In this document: piece after piece, positions 18,276 to 27,178 of the stretch | Position numbering within the stretch: the first letter of the stretch is position 1 | Layout of the letters: each line of letters begins with the position of its first letter | Source: a virus | Taxonomy: Duplodnaviria; Caudoviricetes | Strand: one strand, 5' to 3' | IMG/VR virus record: IMGVR_UViG_3300032301_000514 | Coordinates: 1-31,598 of that record | DNA: 31,598 nucleotides | Notes under the pieces: generated by a model | Databases searched by the model: none | Seen by the model: only the letters and a program-made list of their open reading frames with translations | What the model was told of the DNA's origin: nothing | Made by a program: the position numbers and the translations under genes

Positions 18276-18962
18276 CTAACATTTGCAATTTTCTTTGTAT
18301 TTGACAAGTGTCAAGCGTAATTCAACACCAGACAAGTCTGCATCCAGAATGCTTTGAAACATTCCATTTTCTTTTTCGACACCAAATCTTGAAAAAGTCA
18401 AAATTTCGAAGTCTTCAATTCGTTTGAAAACACGATTTCCATGAACTGATTCGATGAAACCATTCACAAGTTCAGTCATCGGTCTGACAACATTGTCACG
18501 ATGGTCTTGTGTGTAATAATTTCGAACATCAGTTTCATCCAAAAAGAAGATTCGAAGTTCTGATTCGAATTCAATTGTTGATTCCCTTCCAAACTGCTTG
18601 AATCTGATGAAATCCAAATACCAGACAATCGGTGTTTTTGCAGTGACATCATTTGTGACAATTGTCCATTCACGATTTGCAGACATTTTTGTTCCAGTGA
18701 TGAAGTATGGTTCATTGATGGAAATAATTCCTTCAAGTGGTGGATTTGATGCATCAACTGGTGTTGCAATCATCCATTCATCGATTGAAAAATCAGTGAC
18801 CACATATTCATTTCCAGAAGAATCAGTGACCTTCTTTCCTTTCCGAATCCATTTTGTTTTGCAGACATCAGTTCTGTCCAAATTCACATTGTAAATTCCG
18901 ACAATTGTGTTGTCAATATCCAGAACAATCTGGTGGATGATATTTGAAAGGTCTTGATTCAT
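18276..18962 (-). CDS. Putative neck/tail terminator protein
   Basis: Position; C-terminal LSGVELRLTL beta pattern. Confidence 0.5.
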   Translation of the reverse strand: MNQDLSNIIHQIVLDIDNTIVGIYNVNLDRTDVCKTKWIRKGKKVTDSSGNEYVVTDFSIDEWMIATPVDASNPPLEGIISINEPYFITGTKMSANREWTIVTNDVTAKTPIVWYLDFIRFKQFGRESTIEFESELRIFFLDETDVRNYYTQDHRDNVVRPMTELVNGFIESVHGNRVFKRIEDFEILTFSRFGVEKENGMFQSILDADLSGVELRLTLVKYKENCKC

Positions 18963-20191
18963 ATCCAGTAAGCAAAAAGTTTTTGAATTCCATTGAATTT
19001 TCGAAAGTCACCAGCACCAACTTTCACAATTTTCACTTTGCAGTTGTTGTCACCACCATCAATGATGAATTCTTCATCGACAACATAGTCAATTCCATCT
19101 TCATTCACTGAAATCAAAGTGATTTCACCATTTGTCAAAGTGTCAATGTCGAAAGTTGCATCTGCATTTCCACCATTGATTGTGATTGTGTCACCGATTG
19201 AATATCCTGAACCAGTTTCTGCAATTGTCATCGACAAAACACCACCAGAACCATCTTCAATCACGTTCACCACCAAACCACTTCCAGAACCACCAGTTGT
19301 TGTCACATCAAGTGCATCAACATATCCAGTTCCAGCATTGACTGGTGTAAATGTGTCACAACCATCAATTCCATTTGCAGTCACATCAAGTGTGAAACCT
19401 GAACCGACTGATGAATTGATGACATTGGTGACAAGAAGTGTTGCATCTTGACCACCAGCATCAATTGTGATGATGTCATCCACTGCATATCCAGAACCAG
19501 CACTTGCAATTGTGAAGGAATCGATTCCACCAGAACCATCTTGAATGATGTTCAAAGTCAAACCGATTCCATTTCCACCAAGTGTTGGAACATTCAATGC
19601 ATTCACATATCCAGTTCCAATTGAAGTCAATGTCATTCCATCTGTCATTCCAATTTGATTCACCTGAACATTGTTTGCAGTTGCATATCCAGAACCGATT
19701 GATTCTTGTGTAATATGCACAACTTGACCGAATTTCATTGTCGAATTCAAAACAATGAATGACCGAATTGCATTGTATGTTTTCACTGCTTCATTGTATC
19801 GTGTGTACATCATTGAATTCAATGTTGTGACCTTCTTTGAATTTTCAGATAGTTGTGAAACATTTCCAAATGGTGTCTGCTGGTTCATCTGGTCTTTTGA
19901 ATACTCAAAATAAATGAAACCTTTCAACATTTCAAGAATTCCTTCTGAAATCAAAAGATGCAACAAATTCACATTCTGATGGAATTCATCGAATATCTGA
20001 ATGAAATTCGGTGATTCTGGTGCATTGTTGACATCAAGGTCAGCAATGAAATCATCAAAAAGTGTTGCACCAAACAATTCAATCAAATATCTTTTTTCAT
20101 ATTTGTTGATGTAGTCTTGCAACTTTGTCTGGTCATAAAGACCAGTGTGCAATTCATATTTTCCAGTGAAATCTTGTGGTGTCAAAAACAT
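18959..20191 (-). CDS. Putative head-tail adaptor with inserted GxGY repeat domains
   Basis: Helical N-terminal ~150 aa, two genes after the capsid; aa 155-392 are GSGY/GTGY repeats. Confidence 0.6.
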   Translation of the reverse strand: MFLTPQDFTGKYELHTGLYDQTKLQDYINKYEKRYLIELFGATLFDDFIADLDVNNAPESPNFIQIFDEFHQNVNLLHLLISEGILEMLKGFIYFEYSKDQMNQQTPFGNVSQLSENSKKVTTLNSMMYTRYNEAVKTYNAIRSFIVLNSTMKFGQVVHITQESIGSGYATANNVQVNQIGMTDGMTLTSIGTGYVNALNVPTLGGNGIGLTLNIIQDGSGGIDSFTIASAGSGYAVDDIITIDAGGQDATLLVTNVINSSVGSGFTLDVTANGIDGCDTFTPVNAGTGYVDALDVTTTGGSGSGLVVNVIEDGSGGVLSMTIAETGSGYSIGDTITINGGNADATFDIDTLTNGEITLISVNEDGIDYVVDEEFIIDGGDNNCKVKIVKVGAGDFRKFNGIQKLFAYWI

Positions 20192-20196
20192 TCCTT

Positions 20197-20499
20197 TTAT
20201 TTTTTAAGTTTTCCAAGTTTTCTTTTCAAAAAGATTTTCAGCAATTCACCAGAAATCTTCCAAATTGTTCCTTTTGGCATATGTTTATTTCCGAATGATT
20301 CGAATTCGTATTCTTTCAAATCATCAATTTCGATGTCCAATTTCAGACCACCTTCATCTTTTGTGAAGTGTGCATCAACTTTTTTGGTGTCAACATCGAT
20401 TTTGACATTTCCTTCTGAATCACGATGGAATTCAACATCAACATTTTTGGTGTCAATACTGATGTCAATCGGTTTTTTTGTTCTTTTTGGTGTCTTCAT
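20197..20499 (-). CDS. Small protein after the capsid gene, with internal repeat
   Basis: IDTKNVDVEF / VDTKKVDAHF repeats, basic C-terminal domain. Confidence 0.7.
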   Translation of the reverse strand: MKTPKRTKKPIDISIDTKNVDVEFHRDSEGNVKIDVDTKKVDAHFTKDEGGLKLDIEIDDLKEYEFESFGNKHMPKGTIWKISGELLKIFLKRKLGKLKK

Positions 20500-20545
20500 T
20501 GTGATGCTTTTTTAATTTATTTCTTTTCTAAATGACTGAAAATCA

Positions 20546-21739
20546 TTAGATTGCAGGGTCAAGTGCAACAATTGCAGTTTGAATTGTTCCTTTCACGAAT
20601 GCATTCACATCATTCAATTTCACATAATGAACTGCACGTGCTTCTGCAAGAATTGTCACCATGTTACGTGCAAAATCATCATTCACATATCCAACCTGAA
20701 TGTTCACGTTTTCACGAATACGAAGATTCGATTTTGTCATGTCACCAACCAAGAAATTTCCAGCAGTCATGTATGTTGTTGAAACAACAATCAAGTTTGC
20801 AACACGAAGTTCATTGTTTTGTGATGGATAGAAAATCGGCATTGTATATTCACCACCAGTTGCTTTTGTCAATTGCATTCTTGCAACATCAACTGGATGC
20901 AACACCACGTGTGTTGGTGTGAATTTTGCACTTTCGATTTGTGAAATTGAAACACGAATCACATCAAGAATGTTTGCAACTGGAATTGTATTTGCAAAAG
21001 TTCCAGCAGAAAATAATGGTGCAAAAGAAAGAATTCCTTCCAAATCAGTTCCACCAGCACCATTCAAAATTGAATTGTCCATTGCAGAAAGAACACCACC
21101 AACCAAATCAGTGTTGATTTCATTCTGGATGAAAGACAAGTCTGACAACATTTCTTTTGAAACTTTCACCATTCCAGCAACTTTTTTCACTTGCTTTGAA
21201 ATTTCAGTGTATGATGCTTGATATTCAGTTTTTGCAACTGCTTCACCAGTCCATGCAGATTGTGGTTGTCCAGTTTGTTGAATGTATGTGACATACATTG
21301 AATTTGTTGTTCCACGATTCACTGCAAACTGCAACAAGTTCACTTGTCTTTGAATTCGGTTCACTTCGGTGTCAAGTTCAGACAATGCACGTGTTCCAGT
21401 GTAGTCACCAGCAATTGTTGTGTCTGCTTTCACTTCAAGGTCAACACTTTTTCCAGACTTGATTGTTTCAATGTTTGCTTCAATCGATTTCACGATTTGT
21501 TCACTGAAACCAAGTGGTTTTGCAATGTTCTTGAATGCTTTTTCTGACATTGCTTCAAGTTTGCCTTCCATCTTTGCAATTGCTTTTTCGATTTCAGCAC
21601 TTTTTGTTTCAAGACCTTTCAATCCATCAACATCACTTTTCAATGCAGTCACTTCATCAGATGTGACCATTGAAGTCATTTTTTCTTGAATCAAGTTGTT
21701 CAATTTTTCGACAACTTGTTCTGGTGTTAAATTTTCCAT
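20546..21739 (-). CDS. HK97-fold major capsid protein with N-terminal scaffold (delta) domain
   Basis: Coiled-coil first ~100 aa; WTGEA.AK, VKKVAG..KVSKEML.D, ILNG.G, VVLHP.D, DFARN.VTILAE.R. Confidence 0.95.
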   Translation of the reverse strand: MENLTPEQVVEKLNNLIQEKMTSMVTSDEVTALKSDVDGLKGLETKSAEIEKAIAKMEGKLEAMSEKAFKNIAKPLGFSEQIVKSIEANIETIKSGKSVDLEVKADTTIAGDYTGTRALSELDTEVNRIQRQVNLLQFAVNRGTTNSMYVTYIQQTGQPQSAWTGEAVAKTEYQASYTEISKQVKKVAGMVKVSKEMLSDLSFIQNEINTDLVGGVLSAMDNSILNGAGGTDLEGILSFAPLFSAGTFANTIPVANILDVIRVSISQIESAKFTPTHVVLHPVDVARMQLTKATGGEYTMPIFYPSQNNELRVANLIVVSTTYMTAGNFLVGDMTKSNLRIRENVNIQVGYVNDDFARNMVTILAEARAVHYVKLNDVNAFVKGTIQTAIVALDPAI

Positions 21740-21770
21740 TTTTTGGATTTTTTTTGTGTGTTTGTTAATA

Positions 21771-22520
21771 CTATTTTAAACTATTCAGGACAAATGACCA
21801 GTCAAATTCTGGTTCTTTCGACTTGATTTTTTCTGAATGACCTTTGACAATCGGTTCAGATTCTGCAAGTGACACCAGTTGCTGGTTCAAATATTTTATT
21901 TTCATTTCAATTTCGAACAATCGGTCATCAGTTCCTTTTCCATTGACCAATGATTTGACAAGAAGGTCAATTTCTGATGACAATTTCTTTGCAAAATCAA
22001 TCTTTTCTTCTGACTTCATGACCTGAACCACATTGGTGAATTCATTTGCACCGAATGTGACTGCTGAACCTTCCCACAACATGACTTCTTTGATGTCATA
22101 AAAACCACCAGATGGAAGTGTTGAATCTTCAATCCACTTCATTTTGTCTGCAATGTACTTGAAACCGATGGAATGTTCACGAATGATTCCTTCTTCATAG
22201 TCTTTCCATGCATCTTCACCAAGTGATGAAGTTCCAAGTTGTGCAACTGCAAACAAACCGATTTCATCTTCACCAAGTTGATTGAACTTTCCGATTTGTT
22301 TTGTCCAGTCATGGTGTCGAAGGAATGCAATCTTTCTGTTTGATGTCGAATTCACACCATGTTCATTGATTGACTTTGTGAATGCACCTTTTCTGATGAT
22401 GTCAAAGTCTGAATCAAGGATGTCGAATTTTGACAGATATATTGCAACTTCACGTTTTGATGCATCCATGTCTTTGACTTCGAATGCTTCTTTTGTTGAA
22501 TAAAGTTGATTTTGTTTCAT
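21771..22520 (-). CDS. HK97-family prohead protease
   Basis: DSD.DII.KGAF.KSI, FLRHH, HSIGF, LWEGSAVTFGAN. Confidence 0.93.
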   Translation of the reverse strand: MKQNQLYSTKEAFEVKDMDASKREVAIYLSKFDILDSDFDIIRKGAFTKSINEHGVNSTSNRKIAFLRHHDWTKQIGKFNQLGEDEIGLFAVAQLGTSSLGEDAWKDYEEGIIREHSIGFKYIADKMKWIEDSTLPSGGFYDIKEVMLWEGSAVTFGANEFTNVVQVMKSEEKIDFAKKLSSEIDLLVKSLVNGKGTDDRLFEIEMKIKYLNQQLVSLAESEPIVKGHSEKIKSKEPEFDWSFVLNSLK

Positions 22521-22525
22521 ATTTG

Positions 22526-22536
22526 CAAAGTTAGTG
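22526..22536 (-). promoter_or_regulatory. Promoter element CACTAACTTTG
   Basis: Intergenic between portal and protease; 5 nt before ATG. Confidence 0.7.
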
Positions 22537-22541
22537 TTTTT

Positions 22542-23744
22542 TTATATTCCAAGAAGTGTCTTCATTTCATCTGATGTCATATCGATTCCAAGACCTTTCA
22601 ATTTTTCCAGTGTTTCAGACTTCAATTTCATGGTTGTTGCAACTGCAACTTCATCATCTTGCATCACTGGAAGATGGTCAAATTCTGCAATCAGTTTCAA
22701 TCCTTCTTCATTCAAACCAATTTGTTGACCAATTGCATCATACATTTGTTGTGTTTCTGGAATGATGGTGTCTTGATATGTCATTCGAATTGAATCACGA
22801 ACATTTGTGAATGTTGCACCTTTTTCAGTTGAAAAGATGTTCAGTGACATTCCAAAAGTGTCAATGATTGCAATCTTGTCAGCAGTCAATTCTTCAAACA
22901 ACATCAAGTCTTTTGTCGGAAATGACATCGGTTTCCAGTCCACTTGACTTTCAGTGATTATCAATTCATCCTTCTGTCTTCTGAACCAGTCTTTTTGAAT
23001 CTGCTTCTTTTCTTCTGGTGTCATTGGAATTGCACCACCCATGTCATTGTTTTGTGTCGAAAGAATACCAATTGCACCGATATTTTCCAGAAGAACATTT
23101 CGTTTGTGATAAGATGCTTTGATGTTTGACAATGGAAATTTCAGTGATTCCATTCTTGAAACTGGTTTGACAATGTTCATTCCATCATTTGTCATAAGAT
23201 AAATCAAATCAGCAAAATCAATTTTTTCAGTGTTCTTGTCATCGTATTGGAACACGAATGAATCAATCAGACCATCTTGTTCCATTTGCTTCAATTTCTT
23301 TCCTGAAAGATTGATTTGAATCTTGTTTGAAGGTAGTGGAACAAACAAATTTCTGATGTCAAATGACCTTTTTGGTGCATATATGAATGCATTCGAATAA
23401 AGTGCATCTTGAACTGAAAGTGAATAAACCAAATCAGACCATGATTGAACTGGATTCGGTTTGTTCAGGACATCATTGAACCAGTGATTCGTGACTTCAT
23501 TTCCATCTGCATCAACAAGAAGTGGTTTGTTTGAAGACATCATTGATGCACGTCTGTCAATGACCATTCGAAGTTCAGGAATTTCCAGATACAATTTCCA
23601 CCAGTCATTTGTGTCAATCCAGACTGCTTCTTTCACACCCCAAATTTGATTGACAAAAGGAAAGATTCGATTCATGTCATTGATGATTCGATTGTTTGCA
23701 TTGTCATTGAAACCGAAAAATGCATCAAAAAAGTTCAGATTCAT
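22542..23744 (-). CDS. Portal protein (HK97 family)
   Basis: LNKPNP.QS, NAFIY, LENIGA.GIL, TFTNV..S..TIIP; between TerL and the protease. Confidence 0.92.
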   Translation of the reverse strand: MNLNFFDAFFGFNDNANNRIINDMNRIFPFVNQIWGVKEAVWIDTNDWWKLYLEIPELRMVIDRRASMMSSNKPLLVDADGNEVTNHWFNDVLNKPNPVQSWSDLVYSLSVQDALYSNAFIYAPKRSFDIRNLFVPLPSNKIQINLSGKKLKQMEQDGLIDSFVFQYDDKNTEKIDFADLIYLMTNDGMNIVKPVSRMESLKFPLSNIKASYHKRNVLLENIGAIGILSTQNNDMGGAIPMTPEEKKQIQKDWFRRQKDELIITESQVDWKPMSFPTKDLMLFEELTADKIAIIDTFGMSLNIFSTEKGATFTNVRDSIRMTYQDTIIPETQQMYDAIGQQIGLNEEGLKLIAEFDHLPVMQDDEVAVATTMKLKSETLEKLKGLGIDMTSDEMKTLLGI

Positions 23745-23765
23745 ATTTTTATCTTTTGATTTTTA

Positions 23766-23776
23766 CAAAGTTAGTG
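23766..23776 (-). promoter_or_regulatory. Promoter element CACTAACTTTG overlapping the TerL stop codon
   Basis: The TAA of terL supplies the TA of TAACTTTG. Confidence 0.65.
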
Positions 23777-25171
23777 AAGATTTTTGAACATTGATTGAAC
23801 AAAGATTGAAAGTCCAGCACAACAATCTGGTGCATCATCATTCTTGTTCTTTCCTTCTTTGGTGAATGACAACAAGTTCTGGATGAAAAGTTCTTGATTC
23901 TGGTCACCAGTTTTGACAAAGATGAATCGATTCTGGATGAATGCAGATTGCATCATGATTCTGGTCATCTTATTGACTGAATTGTGAACCAGAAGGATTC
24001 TGGATTTCGTTTCTTTTTGAAGATTTCTTCCAAACATTGCACCGACATTGTTTGATTCAACACGACAATAATTGACTGACCACTGATTCAATTTGTCTGC
24101 AATCAATGGAATGCTGACATCAGTGTTGTCACGTGTGAAAACATAGTCAACAATGAACAAATCATTCTTAATGATTGCACAAATTGCAAGTGCAGTGTAG
24201 TCAATTCCAGCATCTGCAACATCGACATATCCGATGCAACCTTCAATCAATGAAATTGGATTTCCTTGTTCATCTTTTCCTTTGGAAATGTCTTCAAATT
24301 CTTCTTTTGAAATGCTTCTGATGTCAGTGAATGTCCTTCCAGCAATGTCAACTGGTTCTTGTTGGTATTCTGCACACCAGATTTCATTTGCAGTCTTCTT
24401 TCGTTTGTCCAGATATTCATCAGTTGACATGACTGCTTCACAAAAAGACTGGTCATTGTCATCCAGTGCTTTGACCATGATGGTCTTCTGATATGAATTT
24501 GATTCGATATTCCTTCCAATGACATCATTCAATGACCATCGTGTTCCAATGTCAATCCTTGCACAACCACGTTCAAAACGTGAATCATGTGTTGATTCCT
24601 TCCATGAATTGATTCGGTCATTGATGGTGTCTGACAATGCATCTTCAATTCCACGATATAAATCATCAGTGATTGCAACATTCGATGCACCAAAACCGAT
24701 GATTGTTCCACCAACACCAGCACCAAAATATGCAACTTGTTTTGACTTGTTGGTGTTCCATCCTTGAAGATTTGATTTGTCATCTGACAACACAACATCA
24801 GTGAAAATCTGTCTGAATTTGTCTGATTTGACAATTGTTCTGACATCGTAACTGAATTTCAAGAATAGTGTTGCAGTGCAAGTGTTTCGCATCACTGACT
24901 GGTCTGGATTCCTTCCAATTGTCCATGCACAAAACAATGAAGTGATGTAAGATTTTCCAGCACGTGGTGGTAAACTGACCGACAATGATGTGATGGTTCT
25001 TTCTTCAATGTCCTGAAATGCATCTGCAATTTCTTTCAAGAAAGGTCTGGACATGAAGAATTGTCGGTCATAGTGCAGACAGAAGTTCCAGAATTGTCTT
25101 TTGCAAAGTTCATGCTTCAACAATTCCTTCAATTGGAATGACTTATTCGACTGAATTTGTGTCATCTTCAT
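23771..25171 (-). CDS. terL: Terminase large subunit
   Basis: Walker A LPPRAGKS, Walker B AITDD, IGTRW, EYQQEP, nuclease DVA..DYTA and DDAPD. Confidence 0.96.
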   Translation of the reverse strand: MKMTQIQSNKSFQLKELLKHELCKRQFWNFCLHYDRQFFMSRPFLKEIADAFQDIEERTITSLSVSLPPRAGKSYITSLFCAWTIGRNPDQSVMRNTCTATLFLKFSYDVRTIVKSDKFRQIFTDVVLSDDKSNLQGWNTNKSKQVAYFGAGVGGTIIGFGASNVAITDDLYRGIEDALSDTINDRINSWKESTHDSRFERGCARIDIGTRWSLNDVIGRNIESNSYQKTIMVKALDDNDQSFCEAVMSTDEYLDKRKKTANEIWCAEYQQEPVDIAGRTFTDIRSISKEEFEDISKGKDEQGNPISLIEGCIGYVDVADAGIDYTALAICAIIKNDLFIVDYVFTRDNTDVSIPLIADKLNQWSVNYCRVESNNVGAMFGRNLQKETKSRILLVHNSVNKMTRIMMQSAFIQNRFIFVKTGDQNQELFIQNLLSFTKEGKNKNDDAPDCCAGLSIFVQSMFKNLH

Positions 25172-25529
25172 TCAAAAGTTTGATGATGTCATCAGTTGAA
25201 AGACCAGAAAAGTCTGGTTTTGTGTTGTGGACATCAATTTCTGACTTTTCAACATATCCACGTTTCTTTCCTTGTGTCTTCAAAAAGAAGATTATCATGG
25301 TGTCTGAACCATTTTCAATCCTTTCGAACATCTTTGATTCAACAAAGTCCAGTGCAGATTCACGAATGTCATCAACTTCTTTCTTGAATTCTTCATCTTC
25401 TTTCATCCATTTGTAAAATGTTGACCGATGAAGTTTGACTGATTGAATTGCAGATGTCACAACACCATTTGAATGATGCAGTGCTTCAATCATTTTCTTT
25501 TTTATAGTGTCGATATTGTCTTTTGTCAT
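25143..25529 (-). CDS. terS: Terminase small subunit (HTH)
   Basis: HTH GVVTSA..V.LHRSTFYKW..ED.EF, IIFFLKT.GK.RGY; directly upstream of terL. Confidence 0.8.
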   Translation of the reverse strand: MTKDNIDTIKKKMIEALHHSNGVVTSAIQSVKLHRSTFYKWMKEDEEFKKEVDDIRESALDFVESKMFERIENGSDTMIIFFLKTQGKKRGYVEKSEIDVHNTKPDFSGLSTDDIIKLLNEDDTNSVE

Positions 25530-25540
25530 GTGATTAGTTT

Positions 25541-25792
25541 TTAATTGTCCATCATGATGATGATGTCTTCTGGAAAACAAATTGATGTCCTGAACAAGAA
25601 GTCTTCTGCTTCATATTCATTCAAACCAAATGATTTGACCACTTTCAACATTTTCTTCCATGAATAGATGTTTTGACCTTCTTTTGACTGACCAAGAATG
25701 CAACCATCGAATTCTGATGACATTGTTTCTGAATTTCTGATTGTTGATTCGAATGAATCTTCTTGATTTTCGTTCATATCTGGAAAGAACAT
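25541..25792 (-). CDS. Hypothetical protein (FDGCILG..YS..KM..EA.DF pattern)
   Basis: TGATG coupling at 25790-25794. Confidence 0.65.
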   Translation of the reverse strand: MFFPDMNENQEDSFESTIRNSETMSSEFDGCILGQSKEGQNIYSWKKMLKVVKSFGLNEYEAEDFLFRTSICFPEDIIIMMDN

Positions 25793-26019
25793 CAGAACAA
25801 CCAAATGATGAACTTCACCAAAAGAACAATTGCAGTGACTGCAACAATTCTGACTGATGATTGAATGATGTTGTCGATGTTGTCAAACCACTTTCTTATG
25901 GTCAACAATTGCAAATGTGGCAAAATGACCAGCAGTTGTCGGTCAATGAAATACAATGCAAGAAGTATTGGTGTCAAAATTACACCGATGATGAATTTGA
26001 AAATTTCTTTTTTGTTCAT
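25792..26019 (-). CDS. Small membrane protein (2 TM)
   Basis: Start MNKKEIF after an A-rich leader; two hydrophobic segments. Confidence 0.7.
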   Translation of the reverse strand: MNKKEIFKFIIGVILTPILLALYFIDRQLLVILPHLQLLTIRKWFDNIDNIIQSSVRIVAVTAIVLLVKFIIWLF

Positions 26020-26037
26020 GTTTTTGTTTTTTAAGTT

Positions 26038-26094
26038 AAAAAAATGATGATGCATCCAAACCAAAACAGAAAATCGAAAGATGCACCACCATTT
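26038..26094 (-). terminator. Long stem-loop with T-tail (terminator-like)
   Basis: Minus strand AAATGGTGGTGCATC...GATGCATCATCATTT-TTTT. Confidence 0.55.
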
Positions 26095-26102
26095 CAAAAC
26101 AA

Positions 26103-26396
26103 TCAATCTTTGCAAAGATACAAATCTTTTTGTTCGAAAGTGATTGAATGAATGTGACCAGTCATTTTGAACTTCTTGACTGGAATGTCATTGAATTCAA
26201 GAAATTTCCTGAATGTTGACATATTTTGTTTGATTGTTTCTTCCTTCCAGAAGATTTCACATTTGTCTTGAAGACCGAATTCATCACTGAATGTGATTGC
26301 ATCAAAATCAATTCCATATCCTGACATCAAACATTTGATGGTTGTTTCAGTTGGAAATCCATTTTCAAATTCAATTCTGCATCTGATTATTTTCAT
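26103..26396 (-). CDS. Hypothetical protein
   Basis: 97-aa ORF with A-rich leader. Confidence 0.7.
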   Translation of the reverse strand: MKIIRCRIEFENGFPTETTIKCLMSGYGIDFDAITFSDEFGLQDKCEIFWKEETIKQNMSTFRKFLEFNDIPVKKFKMTGHIHSITFEQKDLYLCKD

Positions 26397-26421
26397 TTAT
26401 TTTGGATTTGCGACATTTTTG

Positions 26422-26529
26422 TCATCCATGTGAACCGAATCCATCATTTTTGATTTTTTGTGTTTCAGATGTGATGAATGACATCAATTTCCACCATCTG
26501 GTGAATATGTCAATGATTTTTCTTTTCAT
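26422..26529 (-). CDS. Small hypothetical protein (35 aa, MKRKIIDIFTRWWKL...), absent from the ORF track
   Basis: ATGA overlap with the upstream stop; fills the gap. Confidence 0.55.
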   Translation of the reverse strand: MKRKIIDIFTRWWKLMSFITSETQKIKNDGFGSHG

Positions 26530-26960
26530 TTTGTTCTGTTTTGTTCGTACATGAAGAAGATTTTTGGAAAATTCAGTTTTTTCATGATTGCTTCTGCATA
26601 ATTTTCTGCATCTGAAATCATCTTTTCTTCCATTTTCCAGAAATTATTGAATTTAGACAATTCCAGTTCATCTTCATTCAGAAGAAACACCAGATGCATT
26701 GTTTCATGCATGACAAGAAGTGATGTTTTCCAGATTTCTTGTTCATTCATTGTTTTTTGATTCAAAAACAGAAATGGTTTGTCATTTACTGGTGACAAAT
26801 TGCAAAAACCATCGATGTATGTTCCACCTTCTTTCATTCTTCTGGAACAATCATCAAAAGTCAAACCATGCAGTTCAGATGTGTTGAAATATCTGAACAA
26901 ATCACGTGCATCTTCACCAATTAACAAGGTGAAGTCTTCAAATATGTGTTTTTCAAGCAT
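26526..26960 (-). CDS. HExxH-motif protein (zincin-like)
   Basis: VMHETMH followed by EE..; likely start MLEKHIF. Confidence 0.6.
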   Translation of the reverse strand: MLEKHIFEDFTLLIGEDARDLFRYFNTSELHGLTFDDCSRRMKEGGTYIDGFCNLSPVNDKPFLFLNQKTMNEQEIWKTSLLVMHETMHLVFLLNEDELELSKFNNFWKMEEKMISDAENYAEAIMKKLNFPKIFFMYEQNRTK

Positions 26961-26973
26961 TTTTTTTCGGTTT

Positions 26974-27147
26974 TTAGTCTTCAATGTATGGAATTTCAAT
27001 CACGAATCCTTCCAAATCTTCTGAAAGTTCAATTTCCTTTTCCTTGTCAATTCGTTTGCTTTGACCATTGACCACAACAAATTCATGTTCAGGAAAAAGA
27101 ACACCGATTTTCACGATGTTCTTTTTTGTGTTTTCTGCTTTTTCCAT
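26974..27147 (-). CDS. Small hypothetical protein (57 aa, MEKAENT...)
   Basis: ATG 12 nt after the promoter box at 27160. Confidence 0.65.
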   Translation of the reverse strand: MEKAENTKKNIVKIGVLFPEHEFVVVNGQSKRIDKEKEIELSEDLEGFVIEIPYIED

Positions 27148-27159
27148 TGTCTTTTTTTT

Positions 27160-27170
27160 CAAAGTTAGTG
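27160..27170 (-). promoter_or_regulatory. Promoter element CACTAACTTTG
   Basis: Intergenic; identical 11-mer to those at 22526 and 23766. Confidence 0.7.
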
Positions 27171-27178
27171 ACTTATTT

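Noticed and set aside
18236-18307. ORF-track N-terminal extensions (also to 2669, 3707, 25580, 26115, 26999, 27315, 28008, 28604)
   Set aside because: They run through promoter boxes, hairpins or upstream genes; downstream ATGs with A-rich leaders are better starts.
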